Positions 49,337 to 58,463 of a stretch of DNA of 64,000 nucleotides are shown in pieces. A program made the position numbers and the translations under genes. The notes beneath the pieces were generated by a model. It had not been told where the DNA came from, searched no databases, and worked only from the letters and a program-made list of their open reading frames with translations. Source of the DNA: Nostoc sp. Lineage in GTDB: Bacteria; Cyanobacteriota; Cyanobacteriia; Cyanobacteriales; Nostocaceae. The stretch covers positions 1 through 64,000 of the forward strand of contig JBALDB010000053.1 in the NCBI GenBank assembly GCA_036918135.1. The letters run 5' to 3'. Every line of letters starts with the position of its first letter. Position 1 is the stretch's first letter.

Positions 49337-49868
49337 TAGTTATTAATTTACTAGTCATTAGTCATTTGCAAACGATAAACACACAAGTCACTAGCATTGA
49401 CTTCCAGCGTTTAGAACTTCAAAGACAAAGAACAAATAACAAATGACGAATGACAAATATACCTAATAGTGATGTCATAGTTATTCGTAAGGCATTGTGT
49501 AGTACATTATAAGTATATGATTAGCATTTTAATTAGCGAACTTTATTTTTTTAGCATAATATTCAGTTAAAAGCTTTAACCTCGCAAAATACCTCAACAT
49601 CGAGTTAACGAAGCCATTGCAGTAGTTGAACATCTGAGAGTAACTGAATGTATCAGTAACCACAAACTCCGACTCAAGTTTTCTGTGGGCATCACAAAAG
49701 CAATAATTCAGCCGCATTATCAAGCATGGACTAAACGCCTCGTTGGCGTAGACCTATCGTAGAGAACAAAAATAACAACGCGCTTGATAGTCCAAATATT
49801 GAGTTGGCAAGTGGCAAAATTATTCACTAACATGAGAAAAAATACTGATAAAAATTAACTTCCAAATC

Positions 49869-50906
49869 ATGACTAGCTACTTAGAGCAGTTTGCAAGTGA
49901 TAATTCCTCTGGTATTTGCCCGGAAGCCTTAGAATATATGATTACGGCAAATCAAGGTAGCGTTCCTGCTTATGGAAATGATGAATGGACTCAAAAAGCC
50001 GCAGATTATTTTCGCGAACTCTTTGAAATTGACTGTGAAGTATTTTTTGCCTTTAACGGTACAGCAGCAAATTCTTTATCATTAGCTGCACTTTGTCAGT
50101 CATATCACAGCGTCATTTGTCATGAGACATCTCACATAGAAACAGATGAATGTGGCGCACCAGAATTTGCTTCTAATGGCTCTAAACTGCTACTTGCTCA
50201 AGGAAAAAATGGCAAGCTAACATCACAGGCAATAGAAGCAATTGTTACTAGGCGTAATGATATTCATTACCCCAAACCTAAAGTTATTAGTATCACACAA
50301 TCAACTGAATTAGGAACTTTATATTCTATTGAAGAACTTTTGCAAATTAGAGAAGTTGCAAAAAAGTATAACTTAAAAATTCACATGGATGGCGCTCGCT
50401 TTGCCAATGCAGTTGCCGCAATGAATAAAAGTCCTGCTGAAATTTCTTGGAAATCTGGAGTGGATGTGTTGTGTTTTTGTGGAACTAAGAATGGAATGGC
50501 ATTAGGTGAAGCGATTATTTTCTTTAATAAAGCACTAGCAGAGGATTTTGATTACCGATGTAAGCAAGCTGGTCAATTAGCTTCAAAAATGCGGTTTATT
50601 TCTGCTCCCTGGTTGGGTTTATTAGAAACTGGTGCTTGGCTAAAAAATGCTAGACATGCCAATCAATGTGCTGAATATTTAGAAAATCAGCTATTAAATA
50701 TAGAAGGCGTTGACTTGATGCTTCCTAGAGAAGCTAACGCTGTGTTCGTCAAATTACCAGAACAAGTGATTCAGAGCTTAAAAGCAAATAACTGGCAATT
50801 TTATACATTTATTGGTGTGGGAGGAGTACGTTTTGTGTGTTCTTGGAATACAACTAAATCAAGGATTGATGAATTGATTGATAATATTAAAAATGCAATC
50901 GGATAG
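49869..50906 (+). CDS. Low-specificity L-threonine aldolase
   Basis: FASDN, AYGND, NGTAAN, HMDGARFANA, GTKNG. Confidence 0.92.
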   Translation: MTSYLEQFASDNSSGICPEALEYMITANQGSVPAYGNDEWTQKAADYFRELFEIDCEVFFAFNGTAANSLSLAALCQSYHSVICHETSHIETDECGAPEFASNGSKLLLAQGKNGKLTSQAIEAIVTRRNDIHYPKPKVISITQSTELGTLYSIEELLQIREVAKKYNLKIHMDGARFANAVAAMNKSPAEISWKSGVDVLCFCGTKNGMALGEAIIFFNKALAEDFDYRCKQAGQLASKMRFISAPWLGLLETGAWLKNARHANQCAEYLENQLLNIEGVDLMLPREANAVFVKLPEQVIQSLKANNWQFYTFIGVGGVRFVCSWNTTKSRIDELIDNIKNAIG

Positions 50907-51165
50907 AAAAATTAAATCTGAAAAATATTAAATTTGTCACCACCGCAAACTCTAGTTTTATCGATTTGGTTGTTGAGCAAACGCGTAGAACCTTGGGAAA
51001 TTACAGGAGCGATCGCAGCTATTTAAGGAACTCCAAAAAATAAATCTCCTCATCTGTTCCACTGCCCACGCTTCACAGCTGCACTAGTATGTCAAAATGA
51101 AAATACCCGATATCTCCAGGTGAGCGATCGCTCAATCAAGCAAGATTAAAGGATTGACCTGAGTA

Positions 51166-51849
51166 ATGGCAGAAGAACCGAATCACAATGAAGCCGGAGA
51201 GGTAGCTCCCAGCACTGTTGACAAGCAGGCTCCCAGTGTCGCCGAAGAAAATGCTCCTAGTACAGACTCACCCGAAGCGACAGACATCCCTACTGCCAAC
51301 ACGCCAGATCCTAAAGCCGCAAACCCCGAAGATAACCCCAATGCTGCTAAACCAGCTGCAGCCTCACGCAAGCGAGAAAAACCAGATCCCGCAGCTAAAA
51401 CAGAAGAAAACTCCCCTGCCGATGCCACAGCAGAAGAAAAACCCGCAGCTAAAGCCGCCAAAAAAGAAAAAGCCCCAGCTGTTGAAGATAAACCATTTGT
51501 AGAGTTCATCGAGCAATACTACTTGCCAGCTTTACAAAAAGCGATCGCACAACAAGGTGTAAAAGATTTAAAAGTGGCTCTTGCTAAGCAAAAAGTTCCA
51601 ATCAAAGGCTTTGAATCTGCTGAAGAATCCTGGCAAATTATCGGCAGTTTGCAAAACGGTCTGTACAATTTTAATTTGTATTTTCCCGAAGAAGATATTC
51701 AAGGTAAAAAGGGTTTTTCTTGTAATGAAGGCAAAAAACCCAGCACTCTTGAGTCATTCTTAATTGATGAACGCAAAGTTACACTAGACCTATTGGTATA
51801 TGGTCTAGTGCAGCGTTTAGATGGTCAAAAGTGGCTAGGTATCAATTAG
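51166..51849 (+). CDS. DUF2996 domain protein (NdhV-like)
   Basis: P/A/E/K-rich N-terminus, EDKPF.EF, LESFLIDERKVTLDLLV, RL.GQKWL. Confidence 0.8.
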   Translation: MAEEPNHNEAGEVAPSTVDKQAPSVAEENAPSTDSPEATDIPTANTPDPKAANPEDNPNAAKPAAASRKREKPDPAAKTEENSPADATAEEKPAAKAAKKEKAPAVEDKPFVEFIEQYYLPALQKAIAQQGVKDLKVALAKQKVPIKGFESAEESWQIIGSLQNGLYNFNLYFPEEDIQGKKGFSCNEGKKPSTLESFLIDERKVTLDLLVYGLVQRLDGQKWLGIN

Positions 51850-51975
51850 TCATTGGTCATTGGTCACTTGTACTGAGCAAAGCCGAAGTATTGGTCATTA
51901 GCATTTCAGACAAAGCGCAAAGTCTGAGCGCCGGCTTCCGGCGCTCAGAACTTTGTAAGAGAGGACAAATGACAA
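51850..51975. repeat. STRR plus minimal versions of the nested repeat modules
   Basis: GGTCATT tandem; CACTTGTACTGAGCAAAGCCGAAGTA; AAAGCGCAAAGTC-hairpin-AACTTTGTAAGAGAGGACAAATGAC. Confidence 0.8.
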
Positions 51976-51982
51976 AGAACAA

Positions 51983-52477
51983 TTAAAGTTCGTGAAAATG
52001 ATAGGTAACGGCTCCAGTATTGGGGTCGTTATCAATTTTTACATAACCTGATTTATACATCTCTTTAAGAGTATTTTCTACTTCAGCAAAGCTGGCTCCC
52101 GTAGCCTTTACCCCTTGAGTAACAGTGAGAGTACCACCCTTACTTTCAGCGGCATCAATTAGTTTAATCATCAATTGATTACCACTTGGGTGGTGAACTT
52201 GAGAGGCGATTACTGGTTGATTGACTGGTACACCGAAGGGAGATACACCTGCTTTTAGTCTCAGGTTGGTCTCGTATTCATCAACCATACCGGGAATGAG
52301 AAGCAAATCCACAGCCTGCCCTACGTAAAATAAACCAAAAGTACACAGCCATAACAATCCTGTGCCGATTTTACCGTTGTATAGGCGATGTAGCCCCCCC
52401 AAGCCAAAAAATCCGACTCCACACAAGATGTAAGAGACAAGAACTCGGTCTTTATTTTGATTTTTTTCAGGATTCAT
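51983..52477 (-). CDS. TM2/NINE domain protein
   Basis: GFFGLGGLHRLYNGKIGTGLLWLCTFGLFYVGQAVDL; C-terminal wHTH-like segment. Confidence 0.9.
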   Translation of the reverse strand: MNPEKNQNKDRVLVSYILCGVGFFGLGGLHRLYNGKIGTGLLWLCTFGLFYVGQAVDLLLIPGMVDEYETNLRLKAGVSPFGVPVNQPVIASQVHHPSGNQLMIKLIDAAESKGGTLTVTQGVKATGASFAEVENTLKEMYKSGYVKIDNDPNTGAVTYHFHEL

Positions 52478-52571
52478 CTTGTTGTCAACCCTTTGGATTT
52501 GCTGTTGTTATCTAAGATGGTTTTGCCATACTGTTTTATCTGAGACTAGTTATCAATAGCTAGGCTCACAT

Positions 52572-52818
52572 CTTGCACCAGTTGTTTGATGACAATTTTT
52601 ATAGTCTGGGCACTGCTGAGTACTTGCTCAAACCCTGATTTTTCTGTTGTGGAAAGTGCCTTTTCTACAGTTATTAAATCAGCGAACAGCGAACAGTTAT
52701 CAGGCGTATGGTGTGATGTTACGCCACACCAACACTTACCACCAACTTTTTGGAGGACTTGAACCCAAGGGACAAAACTGATAACTAAATAACAGATAAC
52801 TGTTAATAATGGTGCAAG
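52572..52818. mobile_element. MITE-like element
   Basis: CTTGCACCA (52572-52580) and TGGTGCAAG (52810-52818); internal STRR-like tracts. Confidence 0.5.
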
Positions 52819-53343
52819 CTCTAGAGTAGAGTGATTAGAAGTATTTAGTAATCGTGCCAGTCATGGATTGTTAATTTTAAAATGAGTGATTTAATTGATA
52901 AGACCATTTTATTTATTGTAGTAAGAACCACAGAAAATTACTGTAATAGTACTAAGCGACTGGAAGCTACCCAGTAGTATCAGGCAATGTAAGTCACAGC
53001 TACACGAGACTTTACTCACTTGCCTTAGGTTTCAAATTCCTTGAGTCCGCAGAGCCAAAAAGAGTTTGTGTGCAACATCAATCGCGATTTCTAATCGTTG
53101 GGAGTAGGTGTAATATCTTGGTTTGTCTATGTTCATTTCACTACTAATTGCCCATTGTCGATTCCGCAAAACGTTGAATTATTGTTGCAACTCTTAATGT
53201 TTAGCTTACTAGTTTCTTACCCGTACCTTGGTAGACTGAACTTTATACAAATCAATTATTGTCGGCTGTTGAGTTTTGCCAGACTGTTATCTTTGGCTTT
53301 CTGGTGTACTCAAGATAATAAAGACACTCATTACAATCAAGAC

Positions 53344-54420
53344 ATGGTAGATTCCCTCAAAAAACCAGGCTTTGAAGAAATACGGCCAGGAATTAAAGTC
53401 CCGGCAAAAGAAACCCTGTTAACACCTCGGTTTTACACTACCGATTTTGATGAAATGGCACGGATGGATATTTCGGTCAACGAAGACGAGTTAAGAGCCA
53501 TTCTCCAAGAGTTTCGCGCTGACTACAACCGCCATCACTTTGTTCGGGATGCCGAGTTTGAACAATCCTGGGATCATATTGATGGAGAAACTCGCCGATT
53601 ATTTGTTGAATTTCTAGAACGTTCCTGTACGGCAGAGTTTTCCGGATTTTTGCTCTACAAAGAACTCGGCCGTCGCTTGAAAGACAAAAGCCCTGTCTTA
53701 GCAGAATGCTTTAATCTGATGTCACGGGATGAAGCACGTCACGCTGGCTTTTTGAATAAAGCTATGTCTGACTTTAATCTGTCTCTAGATTTAGGGTTTT
53801 TGACTAAGAGCCGCAATTATACCTTCTTTAAGCCGAAATTTATCTTTTACGCCACCTATCTTTCTGAGAAGATTGGTTATTGGCGCTATATCACCATTTA
53901 TCGCCATTTAGAAGCACATCCCGAAGACCGGATTTATCCGATTTTCCGGTTCTTTGAAAACTGGTGTCAAGATGAAAACCGTCACGGTGATTTCTTTGAT
54001 GCGGTGATGAAATCCCAACCGCAAATGCTCAATGATTGGAAAGCGCGGCTATGGAGTCGGTTCTTCCTGTTGTCGGTGTTTGTAACAATGTATCTCAATG
54101 ACATTCAACGTAAGGACTTTTACGCCAGTCTTGGGCTGGATGCGCGAGAATACGACATACATGTAATTAAAAAGACCAACGAAACCGCAGGTAGAGTCTT
54201 CCCGCTGATGCTGGATGTGGAAAATCCAGAGTTTTATGGACGGTTGGACACTTGTATCAGCAATAATGAGAAGCTGAGTGCGATCGCCAACTCTAACACT
54301 CCCAAATTCTTACAATTCTTCCAAAAACTGCCACTTTACATCTCCAATGGCTGGCAGTTATTGGGGCTGTACTTGATGAAACCGATTGATGCTGCTGCTG
54401 CTCAAGGCGCAGCTCGCTAA
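53344..54420 (+). CDS. acsF: Mg-protoporphyrin IX monomethyl ester oxidative cyclase
   Basis: [37 protein letters not shown]. Start at ATG 53344. Confidence 0.97.
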   Translation: MVDSLKKPGFEEIRPGIKVPAKETLLTPRFYTTDFDEMARMDISVNEDELRAILQEFRADYNRHHFVRDAEFEQSWDHIDGETRRLFVEFLERSCTAEFSGFLLYKELGRRLKDKSPVLAECFNLMSRDEARHAGFLNKAMSDFNLSLDLGFLTKSRNYTFFKPKFIFYATYLSEKIGYWRYITIYRHLEAHPEDRIYPIFRFFENWCQDENRHGDFFDAVMKSQPQMLNDWKARLWSRFFLLSVFVTMYLNDIQRKDFYASLGLDAREYDIHVIKKTNETAGRVFPLMLDVENPEFYGRLDTCISNNEKLSAIANSNTPKFLQFFQKLPLYISNGWQLLGLYLMKPIDAAAAQGAAR

Positions 54421-54445
54421 ATAATAATAGGTTTGCAAAAGCTTT

Positions 54446-54477
54446 AGTGGTTCTGTTGATTGCGGAACCACTTTTTT
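54446..54477 (+). terminator. Intrinsic terminator after acsF
   Basis: AGTGGTTC...GAACCACT followed by a T run. Confidence 0.8.
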
Positions 54478-54488
54478 ATTATGAAAAA

Positions 54489-54506
54489 AGTACCCTCAGG
54501 GGTACT
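54489..54506. promoter_or_regulatory. Palindromic operator-like site upstream of the ATP-grasp operon
   Basis: AGTACCC-tcag-GGGTACT. Confidence 0.4.
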
Positions 54507-54564
54507 ATTCGTCACTAGGTTGAGGCAATTAGATTAGAGATGTAGTTTATATGTAATCAAGCAT

Positions 54565-55455
54565 ATGACAGATATCTCAAACGGAACTGAAATTATCAGA
54601 AAATCCGAACCAACTTTGGTTTCAACCTTTGAACTGCTAGTCAAACCAATTACACCCGCTACCGCTCCTGGTACTGAAGCTGTTGCTCGCACAGTTATCC
54701 AAGGTTACTTTTTGACTATCGCGAATACTAGCAGCTTTGATGTCAAACTGACGTTGCGATTTACTGCAACTACACCTGAATTAAATCTAACCGACACTGT
54801 GACAATCAGTGATGTCAAAGGAACTAATGATTTTAGCGATTTAACGCCTGTTCCAGGCGATCCTAGCAGATTTACCTTCTGTGTGGGCATTGGAGCTAAT
54901 GACACAGCTTTGATTACCTTACTGCCTGATGTCACCAACATAGACATCATCAGAGCAGCAAACCTAGAGATTCGCGGATATGTGGAAATCTTTATAAATT
55001 CTCCTTCTGCGGCTACCCCAGTTAATCTGCTGTTGACGCCTGAACATAGAGGCACATTCCTGCCTCAGAATTTAGACGCTCCTAATCTTGATTTCGATCA
55101 ATTGGCGTATTCTTTACCCACATCTACTGGTGGGAGCCTGTTTAAGCTTTCAGGCCCACCAGTGGTCAAAATTAACAAGGAACTGAAGATTGAAGTCAAA
55201 GAAGTCGTCGAAAAACGTCCCAAAGAGAAAGACTTGGAGAAAGTTCAGGCTGAGAAGCTTCCTGAAACAGATCAACTTGCAAATCCTACTCCAGTAGAGG
55301 CTGCAAATGACTTACGACAGCTAATTGGTTTGATGGCTCAACGTCTCGACCAAATAGAACAGCGCACAGCAAATGGTCAAAATGGGAAATCTTTCATCCA
55401 AGCCAAAGAACGCCCAAGTGTTGGTCAACAAGTAGTTAATCAACCAAGGATTTAA
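54565..55455 (+). CDS. Hypothetical protein: beta-rich N-terminal domain, K/E-rich segment, C-terminal FIxxxERPxVG motif
   Basis: 296-aa ORF; KINKELKIEVKEVVEKRPKEKDLEKVQAEK; SFIQAKERPSVG. Confidence 0.8.
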   Translation: MTDISNGTEIIRKSEPTLVSTFELLVKPITPATAPGTEAVARTVIQGYFLTIANTSSFDVKLTLRFTATTPELNLTDTVTISDVKGTNDFSDLTPVPGDPSRFTFCVGIGANDTALITLLPDVTNIDIIRAANLEIRGYVEIFINSPSAATPVNLLLTPEHRGTFLPQNLDAPNLDFDQLAYSLPTSTGGSLFKLSGPPVVKINKELKIEVKEVVEKRPKEKDLEKVQAEKLPETDQLANPTPVEAANDLRQLIGLMAQRLDQIEQRTANGQNGKSFIQAKERPSVGQQVVNQPRI

Positions 55456-55461
55456 GCAAGC

Positions 55462-56211
55462 GTGTTAGTTGTTGTCGCCAGTCGCCATGACAAAGCCGCC
55501 CAGGCGCTGGTTGCTAATTGGTCGGCTTATGGTGCCAGTCTCCTGACACCCGAAGATTTGTCTGTGGTTGGATGGCGACACTATGTCAGGGGTGAGGGAG
55601 ATGGGGGAGATGAGGGAGAAAATACTACCTCATCCTCCTCATCCTCCTCAGCAGTGGTAGGTGGAGTTATGATTGCTCTTGAGCAAATTACTGGCGTCTT
55701 GACTCGCCTACCTTCCATTTTTGAACAGGAACTTCTGCACATTATCCCTGAAGACCGAGTATATGTAGCTGCGGAAATGAATGCGTTTTTAATTTCCTGG
55801 TTATCGAGTTTAAAATGTCCAGTCTTGAACAGACCAACGCCAACATATTTGTTAGGGCCTGCTTGGCGACCGGAACAGTGGGTTTATGCGGCTGCTCAAC
55901 TCGGTATTCGAGTACGTCCGGTGCGACGGCAAAGTTCACTGTTGGCTAGTGTGCGTCACCAAGTGATGGAAAAACCTGGGGTAAAAGTAACGGTGGTAGG
56001 CACGCGCTGTTTGGGTGAAGTTGAAAAACCCCTGGCATCTCACGCCAGACGCGTCGCTGATGCTGCTCAAGTTGATTTGTTGACTGTTCATTTTAGCAGT
56101 AGCGAATCCTCAGCAGAGTTTTTGGGTGCTGACTTATGGGCTGATATATCTGCACCAGATGTAGCCGATGCCATACTTGAGTATTTGAGTGGAGGTGATG
56201 CCAAATGCTAA
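55462..56211 (+). CDS. Degenerate ATP-grasp-like protein
   Basis: ITGVLTRL, E..AFL.SWL, PVLNRPTP and VTVVG align with the next gene; the EVNP motif is absent. Confidence 0.7.
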   Translation: MLVVVASRHDKAAQALVANWSAYGASLLTPEDLSVVGWRHYVRGEGDGGDEGENTTSSSSSSSAVVGGVMIALEQITGVLTRLPSIFEQELLHIIPEDRVYVAAEMNAFLISWLSSLKCPVLNRPTPTYLLGPAWRPEQWVYAAAQLGIRVRPVRRQSSLLASVRHQVMEKPGVKVTVVGTRCLGEVEKPLASHARRVADAAQVDLLTVHFSSSESSAEFLGADLWADISAPDVADAILEYLSGGDAKC

Positions 56212-57146
56212 TTTTATTGTGGGGTATTACCGAAGAATCTCCCTTGGCGGCAGTCCACTTAGAACTGACTCGGCTGAACATACCTACAGTATTCCTCGAC
56301 CAACGAGATATTTTGGATACTGAACTGGAACTTTCTGTAAACAATGTCTCAGAATTACCAGTTCAAGGACAAATTCGTACTTGGTATCAAAAAATAAACT
56401 TGCATGAAATTACTGCCGCCTACCTGCGTCCTTATGACTCGCGTCGCCTTCCCCAAATAGCCCAAGCTGGTGTAAATAGTCCAGCTTGGCAACATGCGAT
56501 CGCAGTTGATGATGCTCTGATGGGTTGGTCAGAAATTACACCCGCATTTGTCATCAACCGTCCGTCAGCGATGGCTGCTAATGGTTGCAAACCTTACCAA
56601 CTAGAACAAATTCGCTCGCTCGGCTTTAAAGTTCCCGAAACCCTTGTTACCACAGACCCCGAAGCTGTGCGAGCTTTTTGGCAACATCACGGCAATGTCA
56701 TTTATAAATCAATTAGTGGTATTCGTAGTCAAGTCTCGCGTTTGGCAGCTGAGCATTTAAAGCGACTGGAAAATGTATCTTGGTGTCCGACTCAGTTTCA
56801 GCAGTACATAGCGGGTAGAGATTATCGCGTCCATGTCGTAGGTGCAGAGATTTTCGCCAGCGAGGTAATTTCTCAAGCTGATGATTATCGTTACGCGGCA
56901 CAAGAGGGCGAATCTACAGAAATTCGTGCTTGTCATCTGCCCCAAGAAGTAGAACAGCAGTGTAGAGGATTGGCAAAAGCGATAAATCTACCCCTTTGCG
57001 GCATTGATTTGCGCCGGACACCTGAAGGTGAATGGTATTGTTTTGAAGTTAATCCTTCACCTGGATTTACTTATTACCAACAGTTTACAGGTCAGGGGAT
57101 TAGTAGTGCGATCGCTAATTTGCTAGCAGGCAGAAATCGCATTTAA
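56205..57146 (+). CDS. RimK-like ATP-grasp ligase
   Basis: VINRPS.M.ANGCKPYQL, VPETLVTTD, IYKSISG, FQQYI.G.DYRVHVVG, DYRY, GIDL, CFEVNPSPGF. Confidence 0.93.
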   Translation: MLILLWGITEESPLAAVHLELTRLNIPTVFLDQRDILDTELELSVNNVSELPVQGQIRTWYQKINLHEITAAYLRPYDSRRLPQIAQAGVNSPAWQHAIAVDDALMGWSEITPAFVINRPSAMAANGCKPYQLEQIRSLGFKVPETLVTTDPEAVRAFWQHHGNVIYKSISGIRSQVSRLAAEHLKRLENVSWCPTQFQQYIAGRDYRVHVVGAEIFASEVISQADDYRYAAQEGESTEIRACHLPQEVEQQCRGLAKAINLPLCGIDLRRTPEGEWYCFEVNPSPGFTYYQQFTGQGISSAIANLLAGRNRI

Positions 57147-57402
57147 TTTTGCAGTTCTTCGAGTTATGTTGATTTTTCCATCCTAATTACATCTGTTGTA
57201 AATGCTGGATGCTTAGCTGCTTCAGCTTCGTAAGGGATTGACAAAAAAATATTCCACTGTTGACAACTCATCAGTCACAGTCAAAAAATTTGAGATTATT
57301 AATATCTTTGGTCAGCTCGCTTACGCACTTATTCCGACACCTTAGTAATATCTTTAGTGAAACCCAACATTACATTTAAGTTAACGTTGGGTTTCATTTA
57401 AT

Positions 57403-58146
57403 TTAACTAACCTGATTATTTGGTGGTGTTGCATCCGGTGGCGTTTCGGATGGCGAAGCTAGCGGTGCATCTGGAGCAATTTGCTGAGGAAAAATCTGTT
57501 CTTGGTTCTCAGTTTGAGTATCTGCTTCCACTGGTTCCACCACTTCCCAGGATGGGGGATTTGGTGGAATCGCTTCTGGTACACTCTCGGTTTTTGCTTG
57601 GGTATCGGTAGTAGCGACAGTCTTCTGTGCTGGTTGTTCTGGTATGGCAGTAGTATTGTCGATAATCTCAACAGCAGGTTGCTCCCTCAGTACAGAGGTA
57701 ATATCTTCAGGTTTGGGCTTTGTGGATGGCTTTGAACTCACACTTTGTTGCACCTTGTCTTTCACGCCACTCAAGGTGCTACCAATATCCTGTTGCAACT
57801 GACCTAGCCGTTCCTGAAAGGACAATTTATTTACCTGTTCCTGAATGCCAGTTTTCACTGTCTCAGGACTAGGTACTTGGGTTTGTTGTGCCTGTGGTGT
57901 TAGTTGCCGACGTAACGAAAGAGTTTGCCAGCCAAACCAGACCAAAAGAGCGACGCTAGCCACATGACCCAGCAATAAACCTCCAGTAATGCGTGGTGCA
58001 AACACCCATAAGACTAAGGCGTAGAACAGCCCGACACCACTCCAAATAAAATCATTCTTGCGGTGTATTTCTGGGAAAAAGAAAGCTGCTATGTAAATGG
58101 CTAAACTACCAAGACCGACCACCAAAGCTAGGACATATGCCAGCAT
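57403..58146 (-). CDS. ycf66: Ycf66 family protein
   Basis: AFFFPEIHRKNDFIWSGVGLFYALVLW; low-complexity P/E/T tail; ATG 58146. Confidence 0.8.
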   Translation of the reverse strand: MLAYVLALVVGLGSLAIYIAAFFFPEIHRKNDFIWSGVGLFYALVLWVFAPRITGGLLLGHVASVALLVWFGWQTLSLRRQLTPQAQQTQVPSPETVKTGIQEQVNKLSFQERLGQLQQDIGSTLSGVKDKVQQSVSSKPSTKPKPEDITSVLREQPAVEIIDNTTAIPEQPAQKTVATTDTQAKTESVPEAIPPNPPSWEVVEPVEADTQTENQEQIFPQQIAPDAPLASPSETPPDATPPNNQVS

Positions 58147-58164
58147 TATTGGGTTACTCCTTTG

Positions 58165-58305
58165 ACTAGGGATTGGGTATGGGGCATGGAGTATTGGGTA
58201 AACAGGAAGTATGGGAGGGGTGGGAGGTGTGGGAGGATGGGGAAGAAATCTTTCCCCCGTCTCTCCCCACACTCCCCACACTCCCTCATCCCCCATTCCC
58301 CACTC
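58165..58305. repeat. G-rich/C-rich STRR inverted tandem repeats
   Basis: GGGAGGTGT-like and CTCCCCACA-like tracts. Confidence 0.75.
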
Positions 58306-58463
58306 TCAATTGTTGATTTAGATACAACTTAAAATTAATTATCTGTGTTAGTTGTGGATTTTTGTCGTTTACATTAACTCTTAAGGTCTTCTTTAGGAGA
58401 GAAGCGAAAAACTCGGACTACCCTAAAGATAAAAGGATCTGCAAGAGTTAGCCAAACAAATTT

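Noticed and set aside
49650..49663. Possible NtcA site GTATCAGTAACCAC upstream of the threonine aldolase gene
   Set aside because: Mismatch to GTA-N8-TAC and no clear -10 element at the expected spacing.
4451..52000. Repeat/variable-insert pattern as a CRISPR array
   Set aside because: Copies are dispersed, not tandem; insert lengths vary widely; no cas operon is present. The Cas4-like domain is part of the FtsK fusion.
53098..53343. N-terminal extension of acsF in the ORF track
   Set aside because: AcsF homology starts at ATG 53344; the upstream part looks like promoter DNA.
54565..57146. Microviridin cluster
   Set aside because: No short precursor with PFFARFL or TxKYPSD, and no associated ABC transporter or acetyltransferase.
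58147..58296. N-terminal extension of ycf66
   Set aside because: It is translated STRR repeat sequence; ATG 58146 is the plausible start.
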